Shown in pieces: positions 29,927-43,382 of a stretch of 64,000 bases of DNA. The stretch is from Obrimoposthia wandeli (Eukaryota). The notes beneath the pieces are model-generated. The model was not told the origin of the DNA. It did no database searches and was given only the letters and a program-made list of their open reading frames with translations. How positions within the stretch are numbered: position 1 is the first letter of the stretch; the number at the start of each line of letters is the position of its first letter. The stretch spans positions 3,472,001 to 3,536,000 of the forward strand of contig CDROCS010000506.1 in the NCBI GenBank assembly GCA_977020255.1, written 5' to 3'. The position numbers were made by a program, and so were the translations under genes.

Positions 29927-30439
29927 CTAGTCCTTAATAACTTTAAGAACAATAGTTTCGCCTAGTACAACTGAACCAGAGAATTTTTCCATGCTCTTAA
30001 TTTCATCCATGTTTGAGATGATGCATGGTGTAATTACTGATTTAGCTTTAGCTTTCAATAACTCAAGATCGAATTCAATGATGGTTTCACCAGCTTTGAT
30101 ATGTTGACCTTCTTCAGCGATACGAGTAAAGCCTTCACCGCGTAATTCAACAGTGTCTAGACCGAAATGCACTAGAACTTCTAGGCCTTCGTCAGAACGA
30201 ATTGCGAATGCGTGGTTAGTTTCGTAAATTTTTACGATCTCACCTGTTACTGGAGCAACTAGTTTGTTACCAGTTGGGTTGATAGCGATACCGTCACCAA
30301 CAATTTTCTCAGCAAAGATAACATCTGGCACATCTTCGATAGCAACGATTTCACCGGCAAGTGGAGAAACAATGTGTAGCGTATTGCTGTCATTACTGTC
30401 GTCTGAAACCAGTTTTTTTAATTTATCGAATAATCCCAT
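29927..30439 (-). CDS. crr: PTS glucose-specific EIIA
   Basis: MGLFDKLK, DVIFAEKIVGDGIAI and VHFGLDTVELRGEGF. Confidence 0.97.
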   Translation of the reverse strand: MGLFDKLKKLVSDDSNDSNTLHIVSPLAGEIVAIEDVPDVIFAEKIVGDGIAINPTGNKLVAPVTGEIVKIYETNHAFAIRSDEGLEVLVHFGLDTVELRGEGFTRIAEEGQHIKAGETIIEFDLELLKAKAKSVITPCIISNMDEIKSMEKFSGSVVLGETIVLKVIKD

Positions 30440-30560
30440 TTTTAACTCCTAACAATTTGGTAGACATAGTTATTGGTTATTTAAAGTGTGAATAACCAAT
30501 AACTTTACGTTGTCATCATAGCATTATCTTACAGATTAGATGCTATGAAAACTGAAATAA

Positions 30561-32288
30561 TTAGCAAGCAGCGCGTTGCTTAGTGAACTGAGCGATTAAC
30601 TCTTGGATTTCACCTGCAGTTGCACAGCTTAATGCTTGGTCTGCTAACTCTTTAACATCAGCGAAATTAGCATTACGGATTGTTTTCTTCACTTTAGGGA
30701 TTGAGATACCGCTCATTGAGAACTCATCTAAGCCCATACCTAGTAATAGTAGTGTTGCAGTTTCATCACCCGCAAGTTCACCACACATACCCGTCCACTT
30801 GCCTGCAGCATGTGAAGCGTCAATAACCTGTTTAATCAGCGTAAGTACCGCTGGTGTAAGTGGGTTATATAGGTCTGAAATCATTTCGTTACCACGGTCT
30901 ACCGCTAGTGTGTACTGCGTTAGATCGTTAGTACCAATACTAAAGAAGTCTACTTCTTTAATAAGGTGATGCGCAATTGCTGCAGCTGCTGGTGTTTCAA
31001 CCATAACACCTGTTTCCATTGCTGCATCGAATGCGTGACCTTCAGCTGTTAACTCAGCTTTCAGTGTCGCAAGAATGTCCTTAAGTAGACGAATTTCTTC
31101 AACAGAAATAATCATCGGGAACATAATGCGGATTTTACCGAATGCAGAAGCACGTAAGATAGCGCGTAGCTGTGCGTTCATAATTTCTGGACGGTCGAAA
31201 CAGATACGGATCGCGCGCCAACCCAAGAATGGGTTCATTTCTTTTGGTAAGTTTAGGTACGGTAGGTCTTTATCACCACCGATATCCATAGTACGGATGA
31301 TCACTGATTGACCATTCATGCTTTCTGCAACCGCTTTGTATGCTTCAAACTGTTCATCTTCAGTTGGTAAGCTATCACGGTCCATAAATAGGAATTCTGT
31401 ACGGTAAAGACCAACGCCTTCGCCGCCATTACGGATCACACCAGCACAATCTTTTACTGTACCAACGTTACCACATACTTCCACATGCTTACCGTCAAGT
31501 GTGATTGCAGGTAAGTCTTTCATTTTAAGCAGCTCAGCTTTTTCAGCAAGATACTGTGCCTGAGTTGCTTGATATTCTTTGATTACGCTTTCTGATGGGT
31601 TAACAATAACGTTATTGTTAATTGCATCAAGGATTACGAAGTCACCAGATTTGATGATTTCAGTTACGTTACCTGTACCAACAATCGCTGGAAGTTCTAA
31701 TGAACGAGCCATGATTGATGTATGGGCAGTACGGCCACCTAAGTCAGTCACGAAACCTAAGATTTTATCTAGGTTAATCTGTGCTGTTTCTGACGGTGTT
31801 AAGTCGCTTGCGATTAGAATAACTTCATCTTTGATCGCGCTTAATGAAACAATTTCCATACCCAGTGCATTTTTTACGATGCGATTACCGATATCACGGA
31901 AATCTGCAGCACGTTCTCGTAAATAAGGGTCGTCCAATGCAGCCATCATTTCAGCATTTTCTTCAATGATGCTGTGAATAGCAAGATCTGCCGATGCTTT
32001 ATTTTTCTTAATAAAGGTTACGATATCGTCTTCTAGTTCTTCATCTTCTAGTAGCATCATGTGCCCTTCGAAGATTTCAGCTTTCTCATCGCCAAATGTT
32101 TGGCGTGCCATTTCCGTGATAGCTTCAAGCTGTATCGCAGACTTATCCCTAGCAGCTAAAAAGATAGCTATTTGTTCATCGATCTGTGCAGTTTCAATAG
32201 TTTGTTGGTTAAGAACAATTTCTTCGTTAGTGAATAATTGTGCTTTACCAAAAGCAATACCTGGTGAGGCGAGAATGCCTGATATCAT
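30561..32288 (-). CDS. ptsI: PTS enzyme I
   Basis: [34 protein letters not shown] and GMCGELAGD. Confidence 0.97.
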   Translation of the reverse strand: MISGILASPGIAFGKAQLFTNEEIVLNQQTIETAQIDEQIAIFLAARDKSAIQLEAITEMARQTFGDEKAEIFEGHMMLLEDEELEDDIVTFIKKNKASADLAIHSIIEENAEMMAALDDPYLRERAADFRDIGNRIVKNALGMEIVSLSAIKDEVILIASDLTPSETAQINLDKILGFVTDLGGRTAHTSIMARSLELPAIVGTGNVTEIIKSGDFVILDAINNNVIVNPSESVIKEYQATQAQYLAEKAELLKMKDLPAITLDGKHVEVCGNVGTVKDCAGVIRNGGEGVGLYRTEFLFMDRDSLPTEDEQFEAYKAVAESMNGQSVIIRTMDIGGDKDLPYLNLPKEMNPFLGWRAIRICFDRPEIMNAQLRAILRASAFGKIRIMFPMIISVEEIRLLKDILATLKAELTAEGHAFDAAMETGVMVETPAAAAIAHHLIKEVDFFSIGTNDLTQYTLAVDRGNEMISDLYNPLTPAVLTLIKQVIDASHAAGKWTGMCGELAGDETATLLLLGMGLDEFSMSGISIPKVKKTIRNANFADVKELADQALSCATAGEIQELIAQFTKQRAAC

Positions 32289-32336
32289 AACCTTTCCTTA
32301 CTTCAATACAAAAAATACGTTTATGACAATATGGGT

Positions 32337-32594
32337 CTATTCTAAGATATCCATAAGAGCAACTAGCGCTTCAACAGCCGCTTGCTCGTCAGTACCTTCT
32401 GCTGAAATAGTCATTGTTACACCTTTAGAAAGGCCTAACGTTTGTAATTTAAATAAGCTTGTAGCGCTTGCAGATTTACCGCCAGCTTCAACTGAAACTT
32501 TTGACTCGAATTCTTTTGCTTTTTTCACGAAAAGAGCAGCAGGGCGAGTGTGAAGACCGTTTGGTGCGATAATTACAACTGATTTTTGGTACAT
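32337..32594 (-). CDS. ptsH: Phosphocarrier HPr
   Basis: NGLHTRPAA and [12 protein letters not shown]. Confidence 0.97.
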   Translation of the reverse strand: MYQKSVVIIAPNGLHTRPAALFVKKAKEFESKVSVEAGGKSASATSLFKLQTLGLSKGVTMTISAEGTDEQAAVEALVALMDILE

Positions 32595-32661
32595 GACTTT
32601 TCCTTAAAAATAACGATTCTAAAAATAGAGGTTTACTATAACCATATATCTAAGTGTAATC

Positions 32662-32682
32662 TAATTTTACAGAGTAAAATAA
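32662..32682. promoter_or_regulatory. Candidate Mlc/NagC (ROK) operator upstream of ptsH
   Basis: Minus strand TTATTTTACTCTGTAAAATTA, a TT-N9-AA dyad with A/T flanks. Confidence 0.55.
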
Positions 32683-32780
32683 CTTTTTTTTATAAAAAAT
32701 ATGGCTATAGATCATGTTTTCGTAAGTTTTACTACAAAACAATGCGATGTAAGTATATTACCCCTAATTCAGGCCATTGT

Positions 32781-32795
32781 TGTAGTTTAATTACA
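32781..32795. promoter_or_regulatory. Candidate HexR box upstream of ptsH
   Basis: TGTA-GTTTAAT-TACA within the larger dyad TTGTTGTA-N7-TACAACAA. Confidence 0.6.
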
Positions 32796-32810
32796 ACAAA
32801 AAGAACAAAG

Positions 32811-32826
32811 TGTGACGGCTATCAAT
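32811..32826. promoter_or_regulatory. Candidate CRP site upstream of ptsH
   Basis: TGTGA-CGGCTA-TCAAT. Confidence 0.45.
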
Positions 32827-32850
32827 AGGAATAAAAAAAATGCTTTGTAC

Positions 32851-32876
32851 AAAAAAAAGCCGCTAGTGCGGCTTTT
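32851..32876 (-). terminator. cysK terminator
   Basis: Minus strand AAAAGCCGCACTAGCGGCTTTTTTTT. Confidence 0.8.
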
Positions 32877-32893
32877 GTTAATCTTGTTAATTT

Positions 32894-32950
32894 ATTGTGA
32901 CTACAACAGCGTCATTGTGACTATTATAGTATCATTGTGATTATTGTTGG
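32894..32950. repeat. Degenerate 20-bp tandem array overlapping cysK stop
   Basis: ATTGTGACTACAACAGCGTC / ATTGTGACTATTATAGTATC / ATTGTGATTATTGTTGG. Confidence 0.65.
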
Positions 32951-33909
32951 AGCTCTTGCTCGGTAAATACACCATCGAATAATGCTGTACTTAAATAACG
33001 TTCACCTGACGATGGTAGGATCACTACGATATTTTTATCTGCGAATTCAGGTAATGCTGCTAAACGTGCTGCAGCAACAACCGCTGCACCAGAAGAAATA
33101 CCCGCTAAGATACCTTCTTCTTTCATTAGACGTTGTGCCATCTCGATAGAATCTTCGTTTGATACTAGCTCAACACGATCAACCATTTCTAAATCTAGGT
33201 TACCAGGGATAAAACCAGCACCAATACCTTGGATCTTATGTGGACCCGGTGTTAATGCTTCACCTGATTTTGCTTGGCTGATAACAGGTGAGTTAGTTGG
33301 TTCAACGGCAACAGACACTAAGTCCTTACCTTTATTTAATTTAATGTAGCGGCTTGTACCTGTAATCGTACCACCAGTACCAACACCAGCCACTAATACA
33401 TCGACTTGACCGTCAGTTGCTTCCCAGATTTCTGGACCGGTTGTTTGTTCATGGATCGCTGGATTAGCTGGATTTTCAAATTGCTGTAATAAAATGGTTG
33501 TTTCAGGACTCGCATCTCGAATCTCAACGGCTTTATCAATTGCGCCTTTCATACCTTTTGCGCCATCAGTCAACACAAGGTTAGCACCTAATGCTTTAAG
33601 TAGCTTACGACGTTCTAGGCTCATCGTGTTTGGCATTGTTAATGTTAGTTTATACCCACGAGCTGCGGCAACAAATGCTAATGCAATACCTGTGTTACCA
33701 CTTGTTGGCTCCACAATCTCAATACCTTCTTTTAAGATACCGTCTTTTTCAGCTTGCCAAATCATGTTGGCACCGATACGGCATTTAACACTGGCACTTG
33801 GATTACGGCTTTCAATTTTTGCAAACACGTTACCTGTAGTAACTCGGTTTAAACGTACTAAAGGTGTATTACCGATAGATAGTGTGTTGTCTTGTAAAAT
33901 TTGGCTCAT
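32941..33909 (-). CDS. cysK: Cysteine synthase A
   Basis: [30 protein letters not shown] and [12 protein letters not shown]. Confidence 0.96.
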   Translation of the reverse strand: MSQILQDNTLSIGNTPLVRLNRVTTGNVFAKIESRNPSASVKCRIGANMIWQAEKDGILKEGIEIVEPTSGNTGIALAFVAAARGYKLTLTMPNTMSLERRKLLKALGANLVLTDGAKGMKGAIDKAVEIRDASPETTILLQQFENPANPAIHEQTTGPEIWEATDGQVDVLVAGVGTGGTITGTSRYIKLNKGKDLVSVAVEPTNSPVISQAKSGEALTPGPHKIQGIGAGFIPGNLDLEMVDRVELVSNEDSIEMAQRLMKEEGILAGISSGAAVVAAARLAALPEFADKNIVVILPSSGERYLSTALFDGVFTEQELQQ

Positions 33910-34417
33910 GGGATTTCCCTATATAAGTGATGACGCGTAGCTTATTCGTATTTACTAAATGATTTATATTAAATGACTTATATTAAGTTACTTACAATAA
34001 GTGATTTACTAAGTTATAGCTTAAGCATACTGATAAGTTTGAAAATTGAAAATGCTGTTTTGTTATATCGTTAGGTTCTAAAATGATAAGAACTTATAAC
34101 GATTAGTTATGCATTGTGTTTAAATTCCACTTTGACCGTTACTTAATAAAGCTTATATATAGCATTCAAATGCGGGTGTATGGTGTTGAGTCCTTTCTAT
34201 ATATAGACCAAATTGGGGTGATTAGTTCCAACGGATCAGTTAATTAAGTGTTTGCGCCGTTTTTTTAAAGCATTAATTTGATTGCCAAGGCATCATTTTT
34301 TCATTTTTGTAGGATATGCAACTAGATCTAGTACACACTTTGCTTTAGTTTAGTTAACTCTGAATCCCAATTTAGCTGATAGTGATCCAATACCCTGAGT
34401 CGCTAAAGGACAATGTA

Positions 34418-35539
34418 ATGAGTAATGTAGTAATTAGTGGTAGCGGTTTATTTACCCCTCCAGATGCAATCAGTAATGATGAACTAGTCACAAGCTTTAA
34501 TAGTTATGTTGATAATTTTAATGCTGACAATGCAGCAGCAATCGAAGCCGGTGAAGTAACGGCTAAAGCACACTCAAGCAGTGAATTTATTGAAAAAGCA
34601 TCGGGCATTAAAAGTCGTTTTGTGATGAGCAAAGCGGGCATTTTAGATCCAGCGATCATGCGCCCTGTATTTCAACCGATTAGCGATGATGAGCCGAGCA
34701 TTACTGTGCAGATGGCGCTGGTTGCAGCAAAGCAAGCATTAGCAGCTGCTAATAAAGAAGCACAAGACATCGATTTAATTATTTTTGCCGCGTCTGGATT
34801 CCAACGTGCTTATCCGGCAATGGCGGTTGAACTGCAGCATTTTCTGGGTGCTAATGGTTTCGCTTATGATATGAGTGTGGCGTGTTCATCGGCAACATTT
34901 GCGATTGCTAATGCGATGGATGCTGTTAAATCTGGTCGTAGTAAAGCGGCATTGGTGGTTAACCCTGAAATTTGTTCTGCGCATTTAAACTTTAAAGATC
35001 GCGACAGTCACTTCATTTTTGGTGATGTGTGTACTGCGGTTGTGATTGAAGATAAAGCCACGGCAACAAGCGATAACTGTTATGAAATCATTGATAGCAA
35101 ATTGTTTACCCAGTATTCAAATAACATCCGTAACAACTTAGGCTATTTAAGCCGTAGTGAAGGCGCTGATATTAATGCTGACTCAAGCTTCTTCATGCAA
35201 AATGGCCGTAAGGTATTTAAAGAAGTATTACCGACGGTATATAACTTGATCACTGAACAACTGAGCGGTTTAGAGTTACAAGCAAGTGACTTTAAACGTT
35301 TGTGGTTACATCAAGCTAATATCAATATGAACAACTATTTGGCTAAGAAGCTATTGGGTCGTGATCCATCGGCAACAGAAGCCCCTATTATTCTTGATAC
35401 TTATGCGAATACTGCGTCAGCAGGTTCTATTATTGCGTTCCATTTACATCAAGACGGTGTGGAAAGTGGTGATCTAGCATTAATCTGCTCGTTTGGTGCG
35501 GGTTACTCTGTGGGTTCGTTGGTATTAAAACGCTGCTAG
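34418..35539 (+). CDS. Beta-ketoacyl-ACP synthase III family protein (long, Pseudomonas PA3286-like type)
   Basis: Catalytic triad in VACSSAT, WLHQAN and YANTASAGS. Start placed at ATG 34418 after AAGGA. Confidence 0.8.
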   Translation: MSNVVISGSGLFTPPDAISNDELVTSFNSYVDNFNADNAAAIEAGEVTAKAHSSSEFIEKASGIKSRFVMSKAGILDPAIMRPVFQPISDDEPSITVQMALVAAKQALAAANKEAQDIDLIIFAASGFQRAYPAMAVELQHFLGANGFAYDMSVACSSATFAIANAMDAVKSGRSKAALVVNPEICSAHLNFKDRDSHFIFGDVCTAVVIEDKATATSDNCYEIIDSKLFTQYSNNIRNNLGYLSRSEGADINADSSFFMQNGRKVFKEVLPTVYNLITEQLSGLELQASDFKRLWLHQANINMNNYLAKKLLGRDPSATEAPIILDTYANTASAGSIIAFHLHQDGVESGDLALICSFGAGYSVGSLVLKRC

Positions 35540-35560
35540 CCTGAATAAGCAGTAAATAAT

Positions 35561-35597
35561 AAAAAGCCCCAGTTAAGTGATTAACTGGGGCTTTTTT
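35561..35597. terminator. Bidirectional intrinsic terminator
   Basis: AAAAAGCCCCAGTTAA-GTGA-TTAACTGGGGCTTTTTT. Confidence 0.85.
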
Positions 35598-35630
35598 ACG
35601 ACTATTATTTATCGTTACGATTTATTACTG

Positions 35631-36365
35631 CTATTTATTACTGTTATCAACCCACATTGCTGTTGCACCACAAACAGCCACAGGCATGATCATGAAGTTA
35701 ACGATTGGGATTGATTGGCACAATGCCACCATCGAACCAAAGCTTAAAGATTGCATACGGTTTGATGACAATTCACTGCGCATTTCATCAAAGCCAATTT
35801 TGTTATTATCAAACGTGTAATCAGCGTATTGGATCGCGAGCATCCAAGCGGTAAAGATAAACCACAATACTGGTGCGACGGTTTGGCCGACAACCGGAAT
35901 GAAGAATAACAGCAGTAATGCTATTGCACGGGGGATGTAGTATTTAATTTTTTTAAGCTCACGCGTCAGTACACGTGGGATATCTAATATGATGTCCTTG
36001 ATGCTCATTTCTGGTAACGGTTTATTATTTAATAACAGCTCGGTTTGCTCTGCTAATAAACCATTGAAGGGGGCGGCGATAATATTCGCAATTGCGCCAA
36101 AAAAGAACCCAAAGACGAGCAGAATGACAATAAAGGCGAGGGGCTTAATGATATAAACTAACCAGCTCAACCAGTCTAAACTTGCTTCAAGCTCCAGCAA
36201 CCAAACATCGATTTGTTGAAATAAGAAGTAAAAACTAACCGAGAACAAAATAAGGTTAACTAATAGTGGGATCAATACAAAAGGTCTTAGCTTAGGTTGA
36301 CGGATTAAATCAAAACCTTGCAAGAAATATTGAAATCCAGATAGAGATGGTTTTACTGAAAGCAT
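35631..36365 (-). CDS. cysZ: Sulfate transporter CysZ
   Basis: FVLIPLLVN, IAAPFNGLLAE, YADYTFDN and MPVAVCGATAMW. Confidence 0.92.
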   Translation of the reverse strand: MLSVKPSLSGFQYFLQGFDLIRQPKLRPFVLIPLLVNLILFSVSFYFLFQQIDVWLLELEASLDWLSWLVYIIKPLAFIVILLVFGFFFGAIANIIAAPFNGLLAEQTELLLNNKPLPEMSIKDIILDIPRVLTRELKKIKYYIPRAIALLLLFFIPVVGQTVAPVLWFIFTAWMLAIQYADYTFDNNKIGFDEMRSELSSNRMQSLSFGSMVALCQSIPIVNFMIMPVAVCGATAMWVDNSNK

Positions 36366-36582
36366 ATTCTATGGAGCCTATATAAGTAGTTTAAGTGGCA
36401 TATCTTATCATGCAGTTGTTATGGCGCTGCTATCATTGCACTATCATAGCAGTAAAAGAGACTCCGATTGATGTAAAAAGTGCAGTAAAAAGCAGCAGCT
36501 TTTCTATTCTCATCAGAGGAATCTTTAATATTGCACACACATCTGCTAAAGTTTTCTGGTTATTCTATCTACGTTGTTGGCT

Positions 36583-39500
36583 ATGTACCTTAAAAAGATC
36601 AAAATATCAGGCTTTAAGTCGTTTGTTGATACCACCGAATTGCTTTTTCCCCATGATATGACTGCAGTTGTTGGCCCTAACGGCTGTGGTAAATCCAATA
36701 TTATTGATGCAGTCCGCTGGGTGCTGGGTGAAAGCTCGGCCAAGCACTTGCGTGGCGATGCTATGGCTGACGTTATTTTTAACGGTTCAGTGGCGCGTTC
36801 GCCTGTCTCAAGAGCCAGTGTTGAACTGTTATTCGATAATGCCAAACAACGGATTGATCATGCTTTATTACAACATAATGAAGTGTCTATTCGTCGCGAG
36901 TTATACCGTGATGGTACGAATCAGTATTATCTCAATGGTAACAAATGCCGTCGAAAAGATGTCACCGAACTGTTTTTAGGTACAGGTTTAGGGCCGCGCA
37001 GTTATGCGATTATCGAGCAAGGCATGATCTCGCGCTTAATCGAATCGAAGCCTCAAGAATTACGTCATTTTATCGAAGAAGCGGCGGGTATTTCTAAATA
37101 TAAAGAGAAACGTCGCGAAACCGAGCAACGTATTAATCAAACCAAAGATAACCTTAATCGATTGGCTGATATCCGTATTGAACTGGGTACGCAAATTGAT
37201 AAGTTAAAAGTACAGTCAGCGGTTGCGCAACAGTTTAGAGCTTTAAAACAACAGCAGCGTGAAGCGAAAAGTCGTCTTGGTTTAGTGCAGATTTATGATG
37301 TAGAACGTTCTATCAATCAGCTTGCTCAGCAAAAACTCGTGCTGATGAATGAACAAGAGAAGTTGACGGCGACAACGACTAAATTGCAAACTCAGATCAC
37401 CGATTTGGACGTACAGTTAAATGAACTGTCGATATTAATTGAAAACCAGCAGCAAGCGTTTTATTTACAAGGCACAGAGCTAACCAAGATTGAGCAGAAA
37501 TTACTGCATCACAAAGCGCGTAAGCAAGAATCGGCAGGTAAACAACAAGAGCATCAGCAGCAAAGCGAAAAATTAAACCTATTACTGCAAGAAGAGCAAG
37601 CGCAACTACAGGTTCATCAGCAACAGGCTTTATTAACCGAGACTGACTATAACCGACTGTCTGCTGAATTAGTCGTGATTGACCAGTCTTTAGCGACGGC
37701 GACGATCACCAGTGATCAAGCGATTGCCCAACATGCGGTGTACCTGGAAAAAGTACAACGCTTTAGCAGCAAATTGGATGTGTTGACCAACGCGGTTAAA
37801 AGCGCGGAGTCAGTACTGAATAAAAGTAAACTGCAGCGCAGTGAATTAGCTGAAGAGCAACGCCAATTTGTGCAAAACAGTAAACAAGTTGTAATCAGTG
37901 ATAAAACCGCTGAGCAGCAACAACTACAATCACAAGAAACGCAGCTAGCGCATGAATTAGCAGGTTTGCATAACGGCTCTGAAGGCATTAATAAGCAAGT
38001 CTTAGAACTCGATAAAAATATAGCTCAAAATACGGCTGAAAAAATTGAGATTAAAGCATCACTCAGTGTTATCGCAGAACTGCTACGCAAAGCCGAACAT
38101 GCCGACCACGCCCATACTTGGTTAGAATGTAATTTCGATTCTATTCCGTTAAAGTTATTACAACAATTAGATGTAGAACCGGGCTGGGAAGCCGCCGTTG
38201 AAAAAGTACTGGCGAACTGGCTGGATGCTTACTGTATTTCGGATGCGCAACTGGCTCAATTTGATCTTGATGAACTTCCTGCCTTGCAGTGGTTTAAACC
38301 GAGTCAGTGTGACGTGCGTATTGGCTCGTTAGCCGATAAAGTGAAAAACAATCTATTTAACCGTCAATTAAACCAAGTGACCTGTGTGGCGAATATTAAC
38401 GACGCGCAAGCGGGCGTGGATACTCACAGCCAATATAGTTATATCACCGCCCATGGTGATTGGTTTACCGATGAGGGTGTGTGGCTTTCACAGCACGCCA
38501 AAGCGAATGTTTCGTCACCACAAGGGCGTATTGAAATGCAACTGCAAGCATCACAGCTGCAGGGGCGTTTAACCGCCATTGAAACCCTGATGGATACGCA
38601 ACACAATCAATTGACAGTATTGAAGGTCACTCAGGACGAATACCAGCATCAAACGCAGCAGTTGCAAAAGCATTTACATGATAAACAAAGTGAAGTGAAG
38701 CAGTTAACTGTTGAGCTGAGCTTATTGCAGCAACAACAAGATCAATGGCAGCTTCAGCATGACCAATTAAATACCCGGTTATTAACGCTGGATAATTTAC
38801 TTGCGATTGAAGCGGAAGAAGTACAGCGTTTTAACGAGCAGATAATATCGACACAAACCGCCATCACGCAGCTCGCGAATGATGATGGCTTGATTCAAAA
38901 GGCGGAATCGGCGAAGGCAGATAAGGCTAAATTTTTACAAGAACAGCAGCTGCTTGAAAAACAAGTACAACAATTGCTCTTGGTAAAAACTAAATTTACT
39001 GTCGAAATAGAGAAACAACAGCAGCTTATCGCCAAAACAGATGCACAGTATCAAACTATTTTGCAAGATATTGCTGCATTAGGTGACGACTCATTATATG
39101 CTGAAAGCTTAAAGCAGCTAGAAACCGCGCGTGCGATCGCTGCTGAAAAACAAATTGGTATCGAAAGTGACAACAATGCGAAGAAATCAACCCGTACAAA
39201 ACTGATTGATGACAAGCGTCATGTTGAAGAAAAACGTGCTAGGATAATGACTAGTAGCTTTAAAGTGAAAGACAAAGTTCAGCAGTTAGATTTAAAGCAA
39301 GCGAACAACAAAGCAAGAGAACAACTACTATATCAACAAATTGCGGATGACCATGTGGATGTAGACACATTGAAACGTGAGTGTGTTAATATATTAACGC
39401 TTAAGGAGTATCAGCAACAGCTGAAACAGCTTGAAGCACAATTACAGAAGATAGGTGCAGTTAATCTTGCGGCTGTCGCAGAATTTGAACAGCAATCGCA

Positions 39501-40065
39501 GCGTAAACAATATTTAGACGAACAAACCGATGACTTAGAAAAAGCCATCGAGACGTTAGAAGCGGCTATTGTTAAAATTGATAAACAGACTCGGGCGCGA
39601 TTTGCGACCACGTTTGAAAAAATTAATAGTGATTTTAAAACCTTATTCCCGAAAGTTTTTGGCGGTGGTGCAGCTTGGTTAGAGCTGACATCGAGCAATT
39701 TATTAGATACGGGTGTAAGTATTATGGCGCGACCGCCAGGCAAGAAGAATGCGCGTATTTCATTACTTTCCGGTGGTGAAAAAGCCCTAACTGCACTGTC
39801 GTTAGTGTTTGCGATATTTCGATTAAACCCGGCGCCATTTTGTATGTTAGATGAGGTCGATGCACCACTCGATGAATTAAATGTCGGGCGTTTTTGTAAA
39901 CTGGTTCAGGAGATGTCAGAAACAGTACAATTTATTTATATTAGTCATAATAAGTTAGCCATGGAAATGGCTCAGCAATTAATAGGAGTGACCATGCATG
40001 AACCAGGGGTCTCTCGAATCGTCGCTGTCGATATATCGGCTGCGGTAGAACTTACAGACAATTAA
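36583..40065 (+). CDS. smc: Chromosome segregation protein SMC
   Basis: Walker A GPNGCGKSN, long coiled coils with central hinge, LSGGEK signature and LDEVDAPLD. Confidence 0.95.
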   Translation: MYLKKIKISGFKSFVDTTELLFPHDMTAVVGPNGCGKSNIIDAVRWVLGESSAKHLRGDAMADVIFNGSVARSPVSRASVELLFDNAKQRIDHALLQHNEVSIRRELYRDGTNQYYLNGNKCRRKDVTELFLGTGLGPRSYAIIEQGMISRLIESKPQELRHFIEEAAGISKYKEKRRETEQRINQTKDNLNRLADIRIELGTQIDKLKVQSAVAQQFRALKQQQREAKSRLGLVQIYDVERSINQLAQQKLVLMNEQEKLTATTTKLQTQITDLDVQLNELSILIENQQQAFYLQGTELTKIEQKLLHHKARKQESAGKQQEHQQQSEKLNLLLQEEQAQLQVHQQQALLTETDYNRLSAELVVIDQSLATATITSDQAIAQHAVYLEKVQRFSSKLDVLTNAVKSAESVLNKSKLQRSELAEEQRQFVQNSKQVVISDKTAEQQQLQSQETQLAHELAGLHNGSEGINKQVLELDKNIAQNTAEKIEIKASLSVIAELLRKAEHADHAHTWLECNFDSIPLKLLQQLDVEPGWEAAVEKVLANWLDAYCISDAQLAQFDLDELPALQWFKPSQCDVRIGSLADKVKNNLFNRQLNQVTCVANINDAQAGVDTHSQYSYITAHGDWFTDEGVWLSQHAKANVSSPQGRIEMQLQASQLQGRLTAIETLMDTQHNQLTVLKVTQDEYQHQTQQLQKHLHDKQSEVKQLTVELSLLQQQQDQWQLQHDQLNTRLLTLDNLLAIEAEEVQRFNEQIISTQTAITQLANDDGLIQKAESAKADKAKFLQEQQLLEKQVQQLLLVKTKFTVEIEKQQQLIAKTDAQYQTILQDIAALGDDSLYAESLKQLETARAIAAEKQIGIESDNNAKKSTRTKLIDDKRHVEEKRARIMTSSFKVKDKVQQLDLKQANNKAREQLLYQQIADDHVDVDTLKRECVNILTLKEYQQQLKQLEAQLQKIGAVNLAAVAEFEQQSQRKQYLDEQTDDLEKAIETLEAAIVKIDKQTRARFATTFEKINSDFKTLFPKVFGGGAAWLELTSSNLLDTGVSIMARPPGKKNARISLLSGGEKALTALSLVFAIFRLNPAPFCMLDEVDAPLDELNVGRFCKLVQEMSETVQFIYISHNKLAMEMAQQLIGVTMHEPGVSRIVAVDISAAVELTDN

Positions 40066-40084
40066 CATTAAGAGATAGGCTGTT

Positions 40085-41095
40085 ATGCAAGATTTGCGAC
40101 TTGTTCTCATCATTCTAGGGTTTATGGCAATTGTTGCTTTAATTGCCCATGGCCTTTGGTCAAATAAAAAGAATCAAGTAAAACCATTAAAAGATAAACC
40201 GTTAGATAAACTTGATCAGAGCGTTAAAGATAAACAAGGCTTTGATCTGGATGGTATCGGTGAAAAACGTGTTGTGGCTAAATCTGTCGAACCGACAATG
40301 AGCTTCGACAGTGATGAACCCGTTCCTGTATCGGTTGAAAAAGTTGAACCGCAGTTTAGTGCTGTGAATAGTAGTGCTGTGAATAGTAGCCCTGTATCAA
40401 GTCGCCCGTTAAAAACTAACGAGCCGCAAGCAAGCACTGACGCAGCGCCGAAAGAGACTGTAGTGACAGCGTCGTTTTCGGCAATCGATGTTGAAACGCC
40501 TGTCGTGGTAGAACATGCTGAGACTGTTGATCGTGTGAAAAGTGATCTTAGTTATGATGTTGTCGATGACGCCGCTAATGCCGAGATTGATGTTGTAGTC
40601 GATAATACACTTGCAGCAGCCGAACCGCAGCAAAGTACACCTGTCGCAGCTGTACAAGATGACGCCGTTGAAGAAGCGGTATTTGTGATTAATATTATGG
40701 CGCGCGAAGGCAAGAGCATTGCTGGCGCTGAATTATTACAAGAATTATCAGCCTTTGGTTTCAAGTTTGGTGCAATGAATATTTTCCACCGCCACGTTGA
40801 TGCCGCAGGTAAAGGCGCTGTTATCTTTAGTCTTGCGAATATGGTTAAACCAGGTACGTTTGATATTGATACGATGGAACAGTTTGAGTCTCCAGGGGTA
40901 TCATTATTCATGATGTTCCCGTGTGCAGGTAAAGCATCACATAATTATGGTCTGATGCTAAGTGCAGCAGAGCGTATTGCAGACGGTGTTGATGGTTTAT
41001 TAATGGATGGCAGTCGTCACCCATTAACAGAAGAAGCCATTGAACAAGAGCAAACGTTTATTCGCCAATTAGAAAGCCGTGCATTAGCAAAATAA
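40085..41095 (+). CDS. zipA: Cell division protein ZipA
   Basis: N-terminal TM (MQDLRLVLII...HGLW), low-complexity linker and FGAMNIFHRH...FSLANMVKPGTF. Confidence 0.9.
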   Translation: MQDLRLVLIILGFMAIVALIAHGLWSNKKNQVKPLKDKPLDKLDQSVKDKQGFDLDGIGEKRVVAKSVEPTMSFDSDEPVPVSVEKVEPQFSAVNSSAVNSSPVSSRPLKTNEPQASTDAAPKETVVTASFSAIDVETPVVVEHAETVDRVKSDLSYDVVDDAANAEIDVVVDNTLAAAEPQQSTPVAAVQDDAVEEAVFVINIMAREGKSIAGAELLQELSAFGFKFGAMNIFHRHVDAAGKGAVIFSLANMVKPGTFDIDTMEQFESPGVSLFMMFPCAGKASHNYGLMLSAAERIADGVDGLLMDGSRHPLTEEAIEQEQTFIRQLESRALAK

Positions 41096-41152
41096 ACTGT
41101 TTATAAGTAGCATAAACAGTAGGCTAGAAAAATAAATACAGTATCCAGATAA

Positions 41153-43240
<2,088 letters not shown>

Positions 43241-43382
43241 TTTATTTAAAAGACTATTTTGAACACTTAATTTTAGCTCGCGTATTGTTAGTTTTAGCTT
43301 TAATGGTAAAATACGCAGCATCATGTGCTTAACCTTTCGTGGGTTAAGCTAATTAAATAATGTAAAAGGTATTGTGAGACTT

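Noticed and set aside
38380-38520. Degenerate SMC hinge glycine motif as a sign of pseudogenisation
   Set aside because: The ORF is full length with all ATPase motifs intact, and hinge divergence alone is not evidence of decay.
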